Positions 28,944-37,877 of a stretch of 64,000 bases of DNA are shown one piece after another. How positions within the stretch are numbered: the stretch's first letter is position 1; every line of letters starts with the position of its first letter. The notes below the pieces were generated by a model, which did no database searches, was not told the DNA's origin, and worked only from the letters and a program-made list of their open reading frames with translations. A program made the translations under genes and the position numbers. Source of the DNA: a virus; the IMG/VR virus record IMGVR_UViG_3300003937_000247; one strand, written 5' to 3'.

Positions 28944-28980
28944 TATAAATAGAGGTATAGGGGTAGGGAGACTTACCCCT
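28944..28980 (+). promoter_or_regulatory. late promoter followed by a stem-loop
   Basis: TATAAATA 28944-28951; AGGGGTAGG-gaga-CTTACCCCT 28959-28980. Confidence 0.65.
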
Positions 28981-29008
28981 TTACACATAACAAAATGAGG
29001 AGGCAAAT

Positions 29009-29497
29009 ATGCCAATGACATCCGCACAATTAAACGCAGGTATGGACACATCAGGATCAGGTGCTCCACTACTACACGAAATCTTACTAAAAGTAAACAA
29101 CGCAAAAGACAAATCCCAAAAAATTGAGGCTCTGAAAAAGAACGATTCAGTACCTTTAAGACAAATTTTAAAAGGTGCTTTTGATCCTAGTATCAAGTGG
29201 GATTTACCAGAAGGTACGCCACCATATAGAGAAAATGACGCACCAGCAGGTACAGAACACACGTCCCTATTTACAGAAGCCAAAAGATTATGGCACTTTG
29301 TAGAGGGAGCAGATAAGAAAACTTCCAGAACGAAGAAAGAAATGATGTTTATTCAATTGCTTGAAGGATTACACGCTAATGACGCTAAACTTATGATTTC
29401 AGTTAAAGAAAAAGAACTGAATCTCGTATATAAAGGGTTAACAGACGCTGTGGTTAAAGAAGCATTTGGATGGAATGCAGATTACAAAACATCCTAA
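29009..29497 (+). CDS. conserved T4-like hypothetical protein (DUF6433-like)
   Basis: FDPSIKWDLPEGTPPY...KKEMMFIQLLEGLH. Confidence 0.7.
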   Translation: MPMTSAQLNAGMDTSGSGAPLLHEILLKVNNAKDKSQKIEALKKNDSVPLRQILKGAFDPSIKWDLPEGTPPYRENDAPAGTEHTSLFTEAKRLWHFVEGADKKTSRTKKEMMFIQLLEGLHANDAKLMISVKEKELNLVYKGLTDAVVKEAFGWNADYKTS

Positions 29498-29544
29498 TAT
29501 AAATATTGTAGAGTGATTCTATAATATTTCAACTATAGGGTGTA

Positions 29545-29559
29545 GAACAAAAGTAGAAC
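29545..29559. promoter_or_regulatory. alphaproteobacterial LexA-type box
   Basis: GAAC-AAAAGTA-GAAC, intergenic, ~70 nt upstream of an early -35. Confidence 0.6.
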
Positions 29560-29628
29560 ATTCTACTTGACAGATTGTCGCACCCTATAACCCTTTGATT
29601 TTACACAATTATTTACTCCATTTTTTGC

Positions 29629-29657
29629 TTGATTTATAGTGCAATATCTGATATATT
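29629..29657 (+). promoter_or_regulatory. sigma70-type early promoter
   Basis: TTGATT-N17-TATATT with extended TG; CCATTTTTTGCTTG is shared with the 59.8 kb promoter. Confidence 0.7.
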
Positions 29658-29698
29658 AGTACTATGAAATCAAATAATTATAAGGAGAGATATATATT

Positions 29699-29893
29699 AT
29701 GGGTAAAGTAAAACAATGGGCTGAAGATACAGCCGAAAAAGCAGTTGATACTGTCCTTGTTAAATTGACAAAAGGATTAATCAATAAAGAAGTTGCTAAA
29801 ACTGAAATTATGAAGTTAGATGTAAATTTAGGTCTAGTAGGTATTGACGAATTTAATATAGATGAAGTTATTGATGAGGCCGCTAATGCGTAA
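29699..29893 (+). CDS. early hypothetical protein
   Basis: MGKVKQWA..., AGGAGA RBS. Confidence 0.65.
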   Translation: MGKVKQWAEDTAEKAVDTVLVKLTKGLINKEVAKTEIMKLDVNLGLVGIDEFNIDEVIDEAANA

Positions 29894-30206
29894 ATCATTT
29901 TTAATATTATTTCTAGTATTCATTTATACTTGGTCTTGGGCAATATTTAATGCTGTCAAGGCTGACGACTATAACACCGCAGTTATTGGACACGTTATAT
30001 CTGAAAAAATTAAAGGCACAAATATTGATACGTCATATATAATGGAGCAAGAGATAGAAAAACTTGTACATAAGTTTGCTATTGATTCAGTATATATTTT
30101 GCAGGCATACCTTCCACAAATATTAGAAGGTGTTGCGAGTGATTTAAGATTAAAACTTGACGAAAAATACAAAAAGGAAATTTTAAATGGCGAAAACAGT
30201 AACTAA
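29862..30206 (+). CDS. secreted hypothetical protein
   Basis: Signal peptide; likely start ~29886. Confidence 0.5.
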   Translation: MKLLMRPLMRKSFLILFLVFIYTWSWAIFNAVKADDYNTAVIGHVISEKIKGTNIDTSYIMEQEIEKLVHKFAIDSVYILQAYLPQILEGVASDLRLKLDEKYKKEILNGENSN

Positions 30207-30615
30207 AAAAACTAGAAAAAAGAAGGCAATTAAGTTAAAGAAAAAACTTAAAAGAGAATTTTCTTTAAAAAGAAAATATAAGACCACCTACAAAGATATT
30301 AGGATTTGGTTTAAACAATTTAATGACACCGTATTTGAAGGTAAACTATCTCCATTCGGACAGGTAGAAATAAAAGATTTAGCAAGAGAAAAATGTATAG
30401 GACAAGTAGTGACCTTGGAATGGAAAAGAAAAGGAACAAGACTTTTTAGATTAGAGATGTTACCTGACTATCCTGAAAAGAAGGATTTTTTAGATACTTT
30501 AGTACACGAAATGGTACATTTATATCAAATGCAAAATTTAGGAGATACAGGAAACCATAACGATTTGTTTTGGTCGTTTGAACCAAAAGTAAACTACGTA
30601 GGTTTACGACTATAA
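30187..30615 (+). CDS. SprT-like zinc metallopeptidase
   Basis: FNDTVFEGKL, DTLVHEMVHLYQ, H...F. Confidence 0.75.
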   Translation: MAKTVTKKTRKKKAIKLKKKLKREFSLKRKYKTTYKDIRIWFKQFNDTVFEGKLSPFGQVEIKDLAREKCIGQVVTLEWKRKGTRLFRLEMLPDYPEKKDFLDTLVHEMVHLYQMQNLGDTGNHNDLFWSFEPKVNYVGLRL

Positions 30616-30632
30616 CAAAAGAAGTTTATATT

Positions 30633-30914
30633 ATGAAAAATAAAGATGAAAAAAACCACATTGACGAATGGTTAAAAATACAAATTAAAAAAGGTATTGA
30701 AATCATTGATAATGTTTTAAGAAACAATAATAATAAGTGGGAATTATATTATACAGGTCATTTACAAAAAGACATTTTCAATAATTTTCCAGGCAGAACT
30801 AGTAAAAAGATATTCAAAGGCTATAGAGCACATTTGGATAATAATAAACTTTTGTTTGTTCAAAAGAAGTTTGAACATAACGGATATGAATATTATGTAA
30901 AGAGAGGTATATAA
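30633..30914 (+). CDS. hypothetical protein
   Basis: YYTGHL...LFVQKK. Confidence 0.55.
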   Translation: MKNKDEKNHIDEWLKIQIKKGIEIIDNVLRNNNNKWELYYTGHLQKDIFNNFPGRTSKKIFKGYRAHLDNNKLLFVQKKFEHNGYEYYVKRGI

Positions 30915-31198
30915 TGAAAAAACTTGATAAAAAATCTAAAGACATATTGAAACTATTGGTTAAAGGTAAAGGCTTCTATAAGACGCCGATTGTACCTAAA
31001 GACCATACGGATGGAAACATTAACTTGCTTGTACCGTTGTACCTTGCAGGTCTTCTTTCCTTTCAAAGACAATACGACATCCCCCTTATAGGTCCTTCTA
31101 ACGAACACCTAGTAAGGTTTAAATGGTATGATGTTATGATAGACAAAAAGAAAACTGTAAAGGATTTAAAAAAGGTAATTAAAAATGGCCAAATTTAA
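30914..31198 (+). CDS. hypothetical protein
   Basis: Coupled ORF. Confidence 0.55.
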   Translation: MKKLDKKSKDILKLLVKGKGFYKTPIVPKDHTDGNINLLVPLYLAGLLSFQRQYDIPLIGPSNEHLVRFKWYDVMIDKKKTVKDLKKVIKNGQI

Positions 31199-31877
31199 AC
31201 TAACAATGAAGTGGCAAAAAGTATTAGATAGAACCTGGTTTTTGACCAAAGTATTTGCTATTCTATGTATTATGTGTGGAGTTGCTTTTACGTGGGGTAC
31301 TTTTTATCCCAATCAAACTGCTGTGAAGAACGTCAATTTAAAACTGGATCAGTTTTATATGCAGAAGATAAAAGATATGGACCTACGAGAACCTGAATTT
31401 ACATACAATAACGATATTCAATTTGTACGTGCTATGCACAAATGTATAAATTATATAAATTTTTCATTACCTAAAACTAAAAGAGTTCCATATGAAATGA
31501 TTATAGGTCAGGCTGCATTAGAGTCTGGTTGGGGAACTAGTAGATTTGGAACAGAAGGTAATAATTTATTCGGGATAAGAACTTGGACCAAAGAAGTGCC
31601 ACACCTTATGCCTTTAGGTATTAAGAAATGGCCTGGTTGGGGTGTTAAAGTATTTGCTAGTAAGTGTGATAGTGTAAAAGAATATATTAGATTATTAAAT
31701 GAACATCCTGCTTATAAAGAATTTAGAGAAATCAGAGCAAATATGCTTAAACAAAATAAACAATTAGATAGTTTGGTCTTAATAAAGACACTTGATAAAT
31801 TTTCTACAACTGCTGACTATGATAAAAGAGTTACTAGAATGATTATGAAGATAAGAAAACTTGAGGTGAACAAATGA
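31185..31877 (+). CDS. membrane-anchored glucosaminidase (GH73/Bax-like)
   Basis: QAALESGWGTSRF..EGNNLFGI, LN.HPAY..FR. Confidence 0.85.
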   Translation: MAKFKLTMKWQKVLDRTWFLTKVFAILCIMCGVAFTWGTFYPNQTAVKNVNLKLDQFYMQKIKDMDLREPEFTYNNDIQFVRAMHKCINYINFSLPKTKRVPYEMIIGQAALESGWGTSRFGTEGNNLFGIRTWTKEVPHLMPLGIKKWPGWGVKVFASKCDSVKEYIRLLNEHPAYKEFREIRANMLKQNKQLDSLVLIKTLDKFSTTADYDKRVTRMIMKIRKLEVNK

Positions 31878-32317
31878 TGACAATTGCAGATGGAATATTA
31901 CTATTTTTTATAGGGTGTACATTAACAGTAATTGGATTTGGTATTGCTTTACACATAGGAAGTAAATCACTTAAACCAAAAGAGAAATTAACAACTGTAC
32001 AACAATCATTAAAAGATATAAGGGGTAAATAATATGCTTTGGTTAATATTAATATGTATGTTGCTGGGATATATTATAGCAACAAGAAATGAAATTATTA
32101 GTTATTTAAAAATGAAATGGGATAAATTTAAACAATGCTAGTGTGGGCAGAAAGACAAGGTATGAGTGATACAGAAATATTATTTTGGCATAGAGTTGAA
32201 AACCTAGAGAAGGCAATTGAGAATGCCCAAAGTATAGATTTTAAAGCGGTATGGACAGATAAGTTAAGAGAACTTATGAAGAAACTACCAAAACGATTAA
32301 TTAACTAGGAGTATATT

Positions 32318-32500
32318 ATGATTGAACTATTAAAATTTATAGAAGAATTAAAAGAAATTAAAGAACAATTACATAAAGGTAAATTGTTAGCACAAAAGGA
32401 AACGTATGACGTTTTAAAAAGTGTTCAAAATAAAATAGATAAATATGAAAAACAAGTAAGGGACTTTGAGGACGAAATGGCTAGTTCCATTGTAATGTAG
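32318..32500 (+). CDS. small hypothetical protein, paralog of 23321..23518
   Basis: MIELLKFIEEL; GGAG RBS. Confidence 0.6.
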   Translation: MIELLKFIEELKEIKEQLHKGKLLAQKETYDVLKSVQNKIDKYEKQVRDFEDEMASSIVM

Positions 32501-32711
32501 TTATGCCAGGTAAATGGGACGGGAAAAGTAGAATACCAACTAAAAAATATAAAGATAATTATAATAGAATCTTTAATGTCAAAAATACACAAAAGAATAT
32601 TAAAGTTAAAAAAAATATTAGACAAGAAGGCTTTAAGAGAACCAAGAAGTAGAAAACAAAAAATAGATAGAATTAATTGGGAAAGGGTAAGAACAATTTT
32701 ACACAAACGTT

Positions 32712-33005
32712 ATGAAAGATAAAGTTATAGAAGAATTAAAAAAGGTTTATGATCCAGAAATGCCATCAATTGATGTGTTTAATCTAGGATTGATATATGA
32801 CATTGACATTAAGGATAAAGATGTTACTATTACACATACATTAACATCCATGCTTTGTCCTATGGCAGATCAAATAAGCAAAGACATTAAAGAAGCTGCA
32901 GAGCGAGTAGAAGGTGTCGGTACTGTAAAGGTTATACTTACACATACACCACCATTTACTAGAGAAATGTTAAGTGAAGAAGCAAAATTAATATTAAATT
33001 TATGA
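32712..33005 (+). CDS. Fe-S cluster assembly protein, DUF59/SufT-like
   Basis: VYDPEMPSIDVFNLGLIYDI, TLTSMLCPMA, PPFT.EMLSEEAK. Confidence 0.9.
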   Translation: MKDKVIEELKKVYDPEMPSIDVFNLGLIYDIDIKDKDVTITHTLTSMLCPMADQISKDIKEAAERVEGVGTVKVILTHTPPFTREMLSEEAKLILNL

Positions 33006-33241
33006 CACATAAAAAAAGTGAAGTGTTGAGAATATTAGAAGGAACTACAATTACTAATTTTTTTGCCAAGGTATCAAATTGTTTTATGAAAACAACAGAT
33101 AAAGATTTTTTAGAACACGCCAAAAAAGAACAAGAAGAATTAGAGTCATCTATGAAATCTTCCAGACACCAAGAGTATGTTAGAAAAGAAATGGATAAAA
33201 TTAGAGCAGAAGGTAAAATGAAGGAAGAAAAGAACGAATAG
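33002..33241 (+). CDS. hypothetical protein between sufT-like and sufE
   Basis: ATGA-coupled ORF. Confidence 0.5.
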   Translation: MTHKKSEVLRILEGTTITNFFAKVSNCFMKTTDKDFLEHAKKEQEELESSMKSSRHQEYVRKEMDKIRAEGKMKEEKNE

Positions 33242-33264
33242 AACAAAAAGGTGCTGATTTAAAA

Positions 33265-33627
33265 ATGTTAGAAGGACACGACAGATTGCATTACCTCATA
33301 GACATTGCTAAAGATGTAACACCACTTCCTAATGAAGTTAAAATAGAGGAAAATAGAATACGTGGTTGTGCTAGTAATTTATGGTTAATAGGTGGGTGTA
33401 ACGAAGATAATACAATGATATATAAAATAGACGCTGAAGCCTTTATAACAAAAGGTACAGCTAAACTTGTAACTGATCTTGTACAAGATTGTCCTAAAGA
33501 TGAAGTTGCTAGTTTAACAATTGATGATTTTCTACCTTTAGGGATTAGAGAGTTATTAACAATGCAAAGACAGAATGGTCTAGGCAGTTTAATTGAAAGG
33601 ATAGTATCAATAGCGAGTACTAAATAA
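33265..33627 (+). CDS. sufE: SufE-family sulfur acceptor
   Basis: YLIDIAK, IRGCASNLW, DAEAFITKG, LTMQRQNG. Confidence 0.88.
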   Translation: MLEGHDRLHYLIDIAKDVTPLPNEVKIEENRIRGCASNLWLIGGCNEDNTMIYKIDAEAFITKGTAKLVTDLVQDCPKDEVASLTIDDFLPLGIRELLTMQRQNGLGSLIERIVSIASTK

Positions 33628-33631
33628 ACAT

Positions 33632-34018
33632 ATGGATAAGATAATTGAATTTATACAAGATAATATAAACTTTTTAAATAACATACAAAGTTATCATTGG
33701 CAGACTAGGTCATATTCTGAACACGAAACTTTAACTGAATACCACGAAAAGTTTAATAGATTAAATGATGAGTTTGTGGAAGCATGGCAAGGCAAAACAG
33801 GCCAACGAGTTAATTTTAGTGCCGAGTTAAGACCAGGCATAATGAACTATGCTGATAACAGACAAGTTTCAGGAGATGTACAAAGACAAGCTTTAAGTAT
33901 AGAAGAATTTTCTAAATTAAAAGAGGTGCAAGGCCAAATAGATTTAGAAAGTGTATTAGAAGATATGCTTTTATGTACCAATCAGTTACTATATCATTTA
34001 ACCTTAATCTGTAAATAA
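33632..34018 (+). CDS. ferritin/Dps-like four-helix bundle protein
   Basis: YHWQTRSYSEHE...DEFVEAWQGK...NQLLYHLTL. Confidence 0.7.
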   Translation: MDKIIEFIQDNINFLNNIQSYHWQTRSYSEHETLTEYHEKFNRLNDEFVEAWQGKTGQRVNFSAELRPGIMNYADNRQVSGDVQRQALSIEEFSKLKEVQGQIDLESVLEDMLLCTNQLLYHLTLICK

Positions 34019-34332
34019 TGCCAACATACACATTTAAAAATAAGAAGACAGGTAAAGTATTTACTGATATGATGAGCATTGCTGATAAGGAAGAATACTT
34101 GTCTAAAAATAAACACATTACACAAGAAATAACAAAGCTTAATATTGTTGCTGGGGTTAGTGGTCAAAGTTATAGAAGCGATTCAGGTTGGAAAGAAACA
34201 CTATCAAAGGTTGCAGAAGCACACCCATTGAGCCCATTAGCAGGAGAAATGGGTACACGGTCAACAAAACAAATCAAAACACAACAAGTTATGAAAAAGC
34301 ATAAGGCTAGGCAAAGTGCAAAAACTAAATAA
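34018..34332 (+). CDS. FmdB-like conserved T4-like protein
   Basis: MPTYTF.NKKTG...GWKETLSKV.EAHP. Confidence 0.7.
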   Translation: MPTYTFKNKKTGKVFTDMMSIADKEEYLSKNKHITQEITKLNIVAGVSGQSYRSDSGWKETLSKVAEAHPLSPLAGEMGTRSTKQIKTQQVMKKHKARQSAKTK

Positions 34333-34756
34333 TAGAGATATAATACAAAGCGAGCAACTGAAACGCAACGGTCGTATACCAGAGTCTAGTAGGTCAATCC
34401 GCTTATTGTATAATCTCATAGGGCAGGAGTTATCCTGCTTAAAACACAAGAGAGTCCTGCCCATAGCTATGGTTGGTCTATTATTGTCGGGTTGTGGTAG
34501 TTTACCAGCGTTTGTTGGTACTAGTGCCAGTACATATGAAACGTACAAAACAATAACATTTACAAAAACAGGAGCCGATATTGCTTTAGCCGCAAATGAT
34601 ATGCCTACCACCAACGATTATGCCCTATCCAAGATAACAGGCTATGATTGTAAGGTTAGTAGAGTATTAGATGAAGGCTTAGAAGCAGTATGTCAAAGCA
34701 TAAAAGTACACGCACCAGACGGCACCACAATTAACAAAAACAAGGAGAAAAAATAA
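34316..34756 (+). CDS. putative lipoprotein (start uncertain)
   Basis: KHKRVLPIAMVGLLLSGC lipobox; LSKITGYDC. Confidence 0.5.
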   Translation: MQKLNNRDIIQSEQLKRNGRIPESSRSIRLLYNLIGQELSCLKHKRVLPIAMVGLLLSGCGSLPAFVGTSASTYETYKTITFTKTGADIALAANDMPTTNDYALSKITGYDCKVSRVLDEGLEAVCQSIKVHAPDGTTINKNKEKK

Positions 34757-35154
34757 TGGCAAAAGATATTCCAGATTTTATGAGGGAATTTGATACGGAT
34801 GTAGATTATGGTTTTACTCCTGTATCACAGAAACCAGCTGACGAAACAACACAGCCAGCTATTGACCCGAAAGCAATTGATAGCCAAAGTTTAGAATTAG
34901 CAAAAGTAAAGGGTGATGTTTCTGATATTAAAAGTATGATGAACGAAGTTATGCAGATTGTAGCTGAGAAAGATACTGTTAATAAAGAAATACAGGACGC
35001 TGATATCGTAGGAAGATTTAAAGAGATTGAAAAGATTGTACTACCATTTTTATACAATCTTTCAAAATCCAGTGAACCATATATACATTGGCCAAATAGA
35101 GGTCCAATTATTAAGGCACAAATGGATAAATTATTAAAACTAACAAGGGGGTAA
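34756..35154 (+). CDS. conserved T4-like hypothetical protein
   Basis: DYGFTPV...LPFLYNL.K..EPYIHWPNR. Confidence 0.7.
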   Translation: MAKDIPDFMREFDTDVDYGFTPVSQKPADETTQPAIDPKAIDSQSLELAKVKGDVSDIKSMMNEVMQIVAEKDTVNKEIQDADIVGRFKEIEKIVLPFLYNLSKSSEPYIHWPNRGPIIKAQMDKLLKLTRG

Positions 35155-35302
35155 TATATGTTAGAGCAAAAGGCACATCATAAAGAACTTAAAAGAGCAG
35201 TCAACGAAATTGAAACAAAAAGATTAAACGACAGGTCTTTTAAATCGTGGTTTGATTTAAGAACCCTAAAGAAGATTAAACTACAAGCAAAGGATAAATT
35301 AA

Positions 35303-35803
35303 ATGAGATTAAGCAAAAATTTCACGCTTAAAGAGTTAGTAACCAGTCAAACTGCTGAACGTAAGGGTATTAATAATAACCCTAACGAGGATCAGATTGA
35401 AGGATTACAAAGATTATGTGAAAATATTTTACAACCAGTCCGTGACCAATATGCTACACCTGTCACAGTATCAAGTGGATTTAGAAGTCCCGATTTATGT
35501 GTGGCAATAGGATCATCTATAAACTCACAACACGCAAAAGGCCAAGCCGCTGATTTTGAAATCTTTGGAGTGTCTAATCAGGAATTAGCACATTACATAG
35601 ATAAAAATTTAGACTATGATCAGCTTATCTTGGAGTATTGGAAACCAGAAGAACCTAGTAGTGGTTGGATTCATTGCTCTTTTAAAAATAAAGAAGATAA
35701 TAGAAAGCAATTTTTAAGAGCATATAGAGATCATAATGGCAAAACGAAGTATGAGGAATACTCATATAGGGTTCACGCAAAACCTAAGCCAGCTAGTGAG
35801 TGA
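35303..35803 (+). CDS. peptidase M15A (D-Ala-D-Ala carboxypeptidase-like), probable endolysin
   Basis: LSKNFTL.EL, SSGFRS, SQHAKGQAAD, WIHCSF. Confidence 0.9.
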   Translation: MRLSKNFTLKELVTSQTAERKGINNNPNEDQIEGLQRLCENILQPVRDQYATPVTVSSGFRSPDLCVAIGSSINSQHAKGQAADFEIFGVSNQELAHYIDKNLDYDQLILEYWKPEEPSSGWIHCSFKNKEDNRKQFLRAYRDHNGKTKYEEYSYRVHAKPKPASE

Positions 35804-35855
35804 ACGGCAGAAGAAATTAATAATTTATACACCGAGAAGGGTGTATAATGACAGC

Positions 35856-35884
35856 TTGACACGCTTGAAATAGTGTGATATAAT
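35856..35884 (+). promoter_or_regulatory. consensus sigma70 promoter
   Basis: TTGACA-N17-TATAAT with extended TG. Confidence 0.85.
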
Positions 35885-35912
35885 TGTTATATAAAATTAA
35901 GGAAGGTATATT

Positions 35913-36623
35913 ATGGCTTTTAATTATATAAAACTGAATGAAGATGTATTGCCTAAATCTTTAGGTGTGAAAGGTAAGAACCGAGATGGTGTAAGATATT
36001 ATACTATTGACGGTGTTAATATGCCTTCCGTTACCTCAATATTAGGACAATTACCCGAAAAGAAAAAAATATTAGACGCATGGAGAACAGCTGTTGGTGA
36101 GAAGATGGCTAAATATATTTCTGTGACGGCTACAACAAGGGGTAAAACTACCCACACTCTCATAGAAAACCATTTAAGAAACGAAGATAAAAAATCTAAC
36201 GGCATAACTGCTGTGACACCATTAGGTCTTTTTAGAATTATGAGACCTTATCTTGCTAGACTAGATAACATACATTGTTTAGAAGAATACCTATATTCAA
36301 AAGAAATAGGTGTAGCAGGTCAGGTAGATTGTATTGCAGAATATAAAGGTAAGTTATCTGTAGTTGATTTTAAAACTTCTACAAAGAGAAGGGACGCAGA
36401 TTACAATTACGGTAACTTCTTACAGACTTCAGCATATGCTAAAATGTTTGAAGAATTATTTCCCGATAAGAAAATAGAACAAACTGTTATTTTAGCTGCT
36501 TGTGAAGACGGATTTGTACAAGAGTGGATACACGGAGTAGATAAGGTAAAAGAACACCAAGAGTTGTTTTATAAACACGCAAAAGATTTTTTAGATAGTC
36601 ATTCCTTCAATTCTACCTATTGA
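35913..36623 (+). CDS. PD-(D/E)XK exonuclease
   Basis: PSVTSIL, RG...H, AGQVDCIAEY, VDFKTS, Q..AYA.M. Confidence 0.88.
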   Translation: MAFNYIKLNEDVLPKSLGVKGKNRDGVRYYTIDGVNMPSVTSILGQLPEKKKILDAWRTAVGEKMAKYISVTATTRGKTTHTLIENHLRNEDKKSNGITAVTPLGLFRIMRPYLARLDNIHCLEEYLYSKEIGVAGQVDCIAEYKGKLSVVDFKTSTKRRDADYNYGNFLQTSAYAKMFEELFPDKKIEQTVILAACEDGFVQEWIHGVDKVKEHQELFYKHAKDFLDSHSFNSTY

Positions 36624-36703
36624 TTTAGCACACATCTTTAATAAATAGTTTAATAAAGATTAAACCAAAAGATATTCAAAAATATCAGCAAAGAGGAAAC
36701 GAA

Positions 36704-37147
36704 ATGAAGAAATTTCTAGCTTCTATATTAATGTCAGTTTTATTAATATTTGTTGTAATGCAATTTGCGAATGCTGAAGAACCAAAACTACTTGATGAAG
36801 AACCAAAGATAAAGAGAGAATCACCTGAAGTAACGCCATATGAAGAAGGCAGACTTTATTGGATGCAAATGCCAGTTGTTTGTGGTACTACTAAAACAGT
36901 AAAAGATTATATTGATGAACATAAATTTATATTAGTTTATGTTGGTGTTGGTAAACAAGGTGGTAAAGATACTGGCGAACCAGTTTACTTGATAAGTGAA
37001 TATGTAACGCAAGATATGAAACAATCTTTGTCAGTAACAACAACATTGACATTAACAGAATCGTGTATAATGTTAAGAGGTTTTGATTTACAGTTTAGAA
37101 AATCACCTTTAACAAAGGGGACTTCAATATTGGAGCTCCAAACTTGA
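36704..37147 (+). CDS. secreted hypothetical protein
   Basis: Signal peptide; MPVVCG...SCIM. Confidence 0.55.
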   Translation: MKKFLASILMSVLLIFVVMQFANAEEPKLLDEEPKIKRESPEVTPYEEGRLYWMQMPVVCGTTKTVKDYIDEHKFILVYVGVGKQGGKDTGEPVYLISEYVTQDMKQSLSVTTTLTLTESCIMLRGFDLQFRKSPLTKGTSILELQT

Positions 37148-37152
37148 AATTT

Positions 37153-37389
37153 GACGTTGAAGAATAGACAATAACTAGTGAGGACGTGGGTGCGATTCCC
37201 ACCACCTCCACCAATTCAAAACACATTATAGTGTGCTTTAAGGGGGTGAGTAGATTCGACTGCTACTAAAACTATTTGGAGTTAAATCGCTGACAGCGTA
37301 CTGTTAAAACTATAAACGACAATCACATAGATTATCGTATGGCTGCTTAGGCAGTCGGGGTTTGCCTGTACCTTGCAACAGAAACAGGC
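37153..37389 (+). ncRNA. ssrA: circularly permuted two-piece tmRNA (alphaproteobacterial type)
   Basis: T-arm GTGGG-TGCGATT-CCCAC and CACCTCCACCA (ends 37213) precede GGGGGTG (37242). These pair as a 7-bp acceptor stem with G3:U70. Tag ORF 37318-37350 reads (A)DNHIDYRMAA*. Outer ends are approximate. Confidence 0.9.
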
Positions 37390-37417
37390 TTGACATTTTA
37401 CGCTAATATGATATAAT
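37390..37417 (+). promoter_or_regulatory. sigma70 promoter
   Basis: TTGACA-N16-TATAAT with extended TG. Confidence 0.8.
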
Positions 37418-37441
37418 ATATTAATAAGAGGTAAAAATTAT

Positions 37442-37669
37442 ATGAGTACATTTATGAATGATGATGAACAAGACCGAGCAAATGCAGCTACCTATGAAGA
37501 CGAGGTGACTTCCAGAAGAACGGTTACTATCCCATTAAGAGAATACGACAAATTAAAAGAAGAACAACATTTTATCAAAGACAAATCATTGATTGCTGTT
37601 ATTGATAAGATTGAAGAATTAGTTAGAGCATTAAGAAAGCACATAGTTAGAACTAATGCTAATGAATAG
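37442..37669 (+). CDS. hypothetical protein
   Basis: RTVTIPLREYDKL; GAGG RBS. Confidence 0.6.
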   Translation: MSTFMNDDEQDRANAATYEDEVTSRRTVTIPLREYDKLKEEQHFIKDKSLIAVIDKIEELVRALRKHIVRTNANE

Positions 37670-37877
37670 TAAAAAGTTTGCTCTGATAATAGAAGGTATT
37701 GTCAAAGAAAAAAAAATGTCCTATATGGATGCTGTAGTCAAATATTGTGGAGATAATGATATTGATACAGCGTCTGTAGGACCTTTAGTCAACAAAGTAT
37801 TAAAAGAGAAGATAAAAGAAGAGGCAGAAAACCTAAACTTGGTTGAGAAATCAAGTACAGCAATCTTACCCCTATGA
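37656..37877 (+). CDS. g33: late transcription coactivator gp33
   Basis: F...IE.IV.....SYMDAVV.YC......E/T...LVNK.LKEKIK.EAE.LNL; synteny with g59-g32. Confidence 0.88.
   Translation: MLMNSKKFALIIEGIVKEKKMSYMDAVVKYCGDNDIDTASVGPLVNKVLKEKIKEEAENLNLVEKSSTAILPL

Noticed and set aside
35790-35848. Possible read-through or frameshift at the end of the M15 peptidase (TAEEINNLYTEKGV follows the TGA)
   Set aside because: The catalytic domain is complete, and there is no independent evidence for recoding without homolog alignment.
37181-37213. Possible tRNA gene
   Set aside because: Only a T-arm and acceptor 3' strand are present; this is the acceptor piece of the permuted tmRNA.
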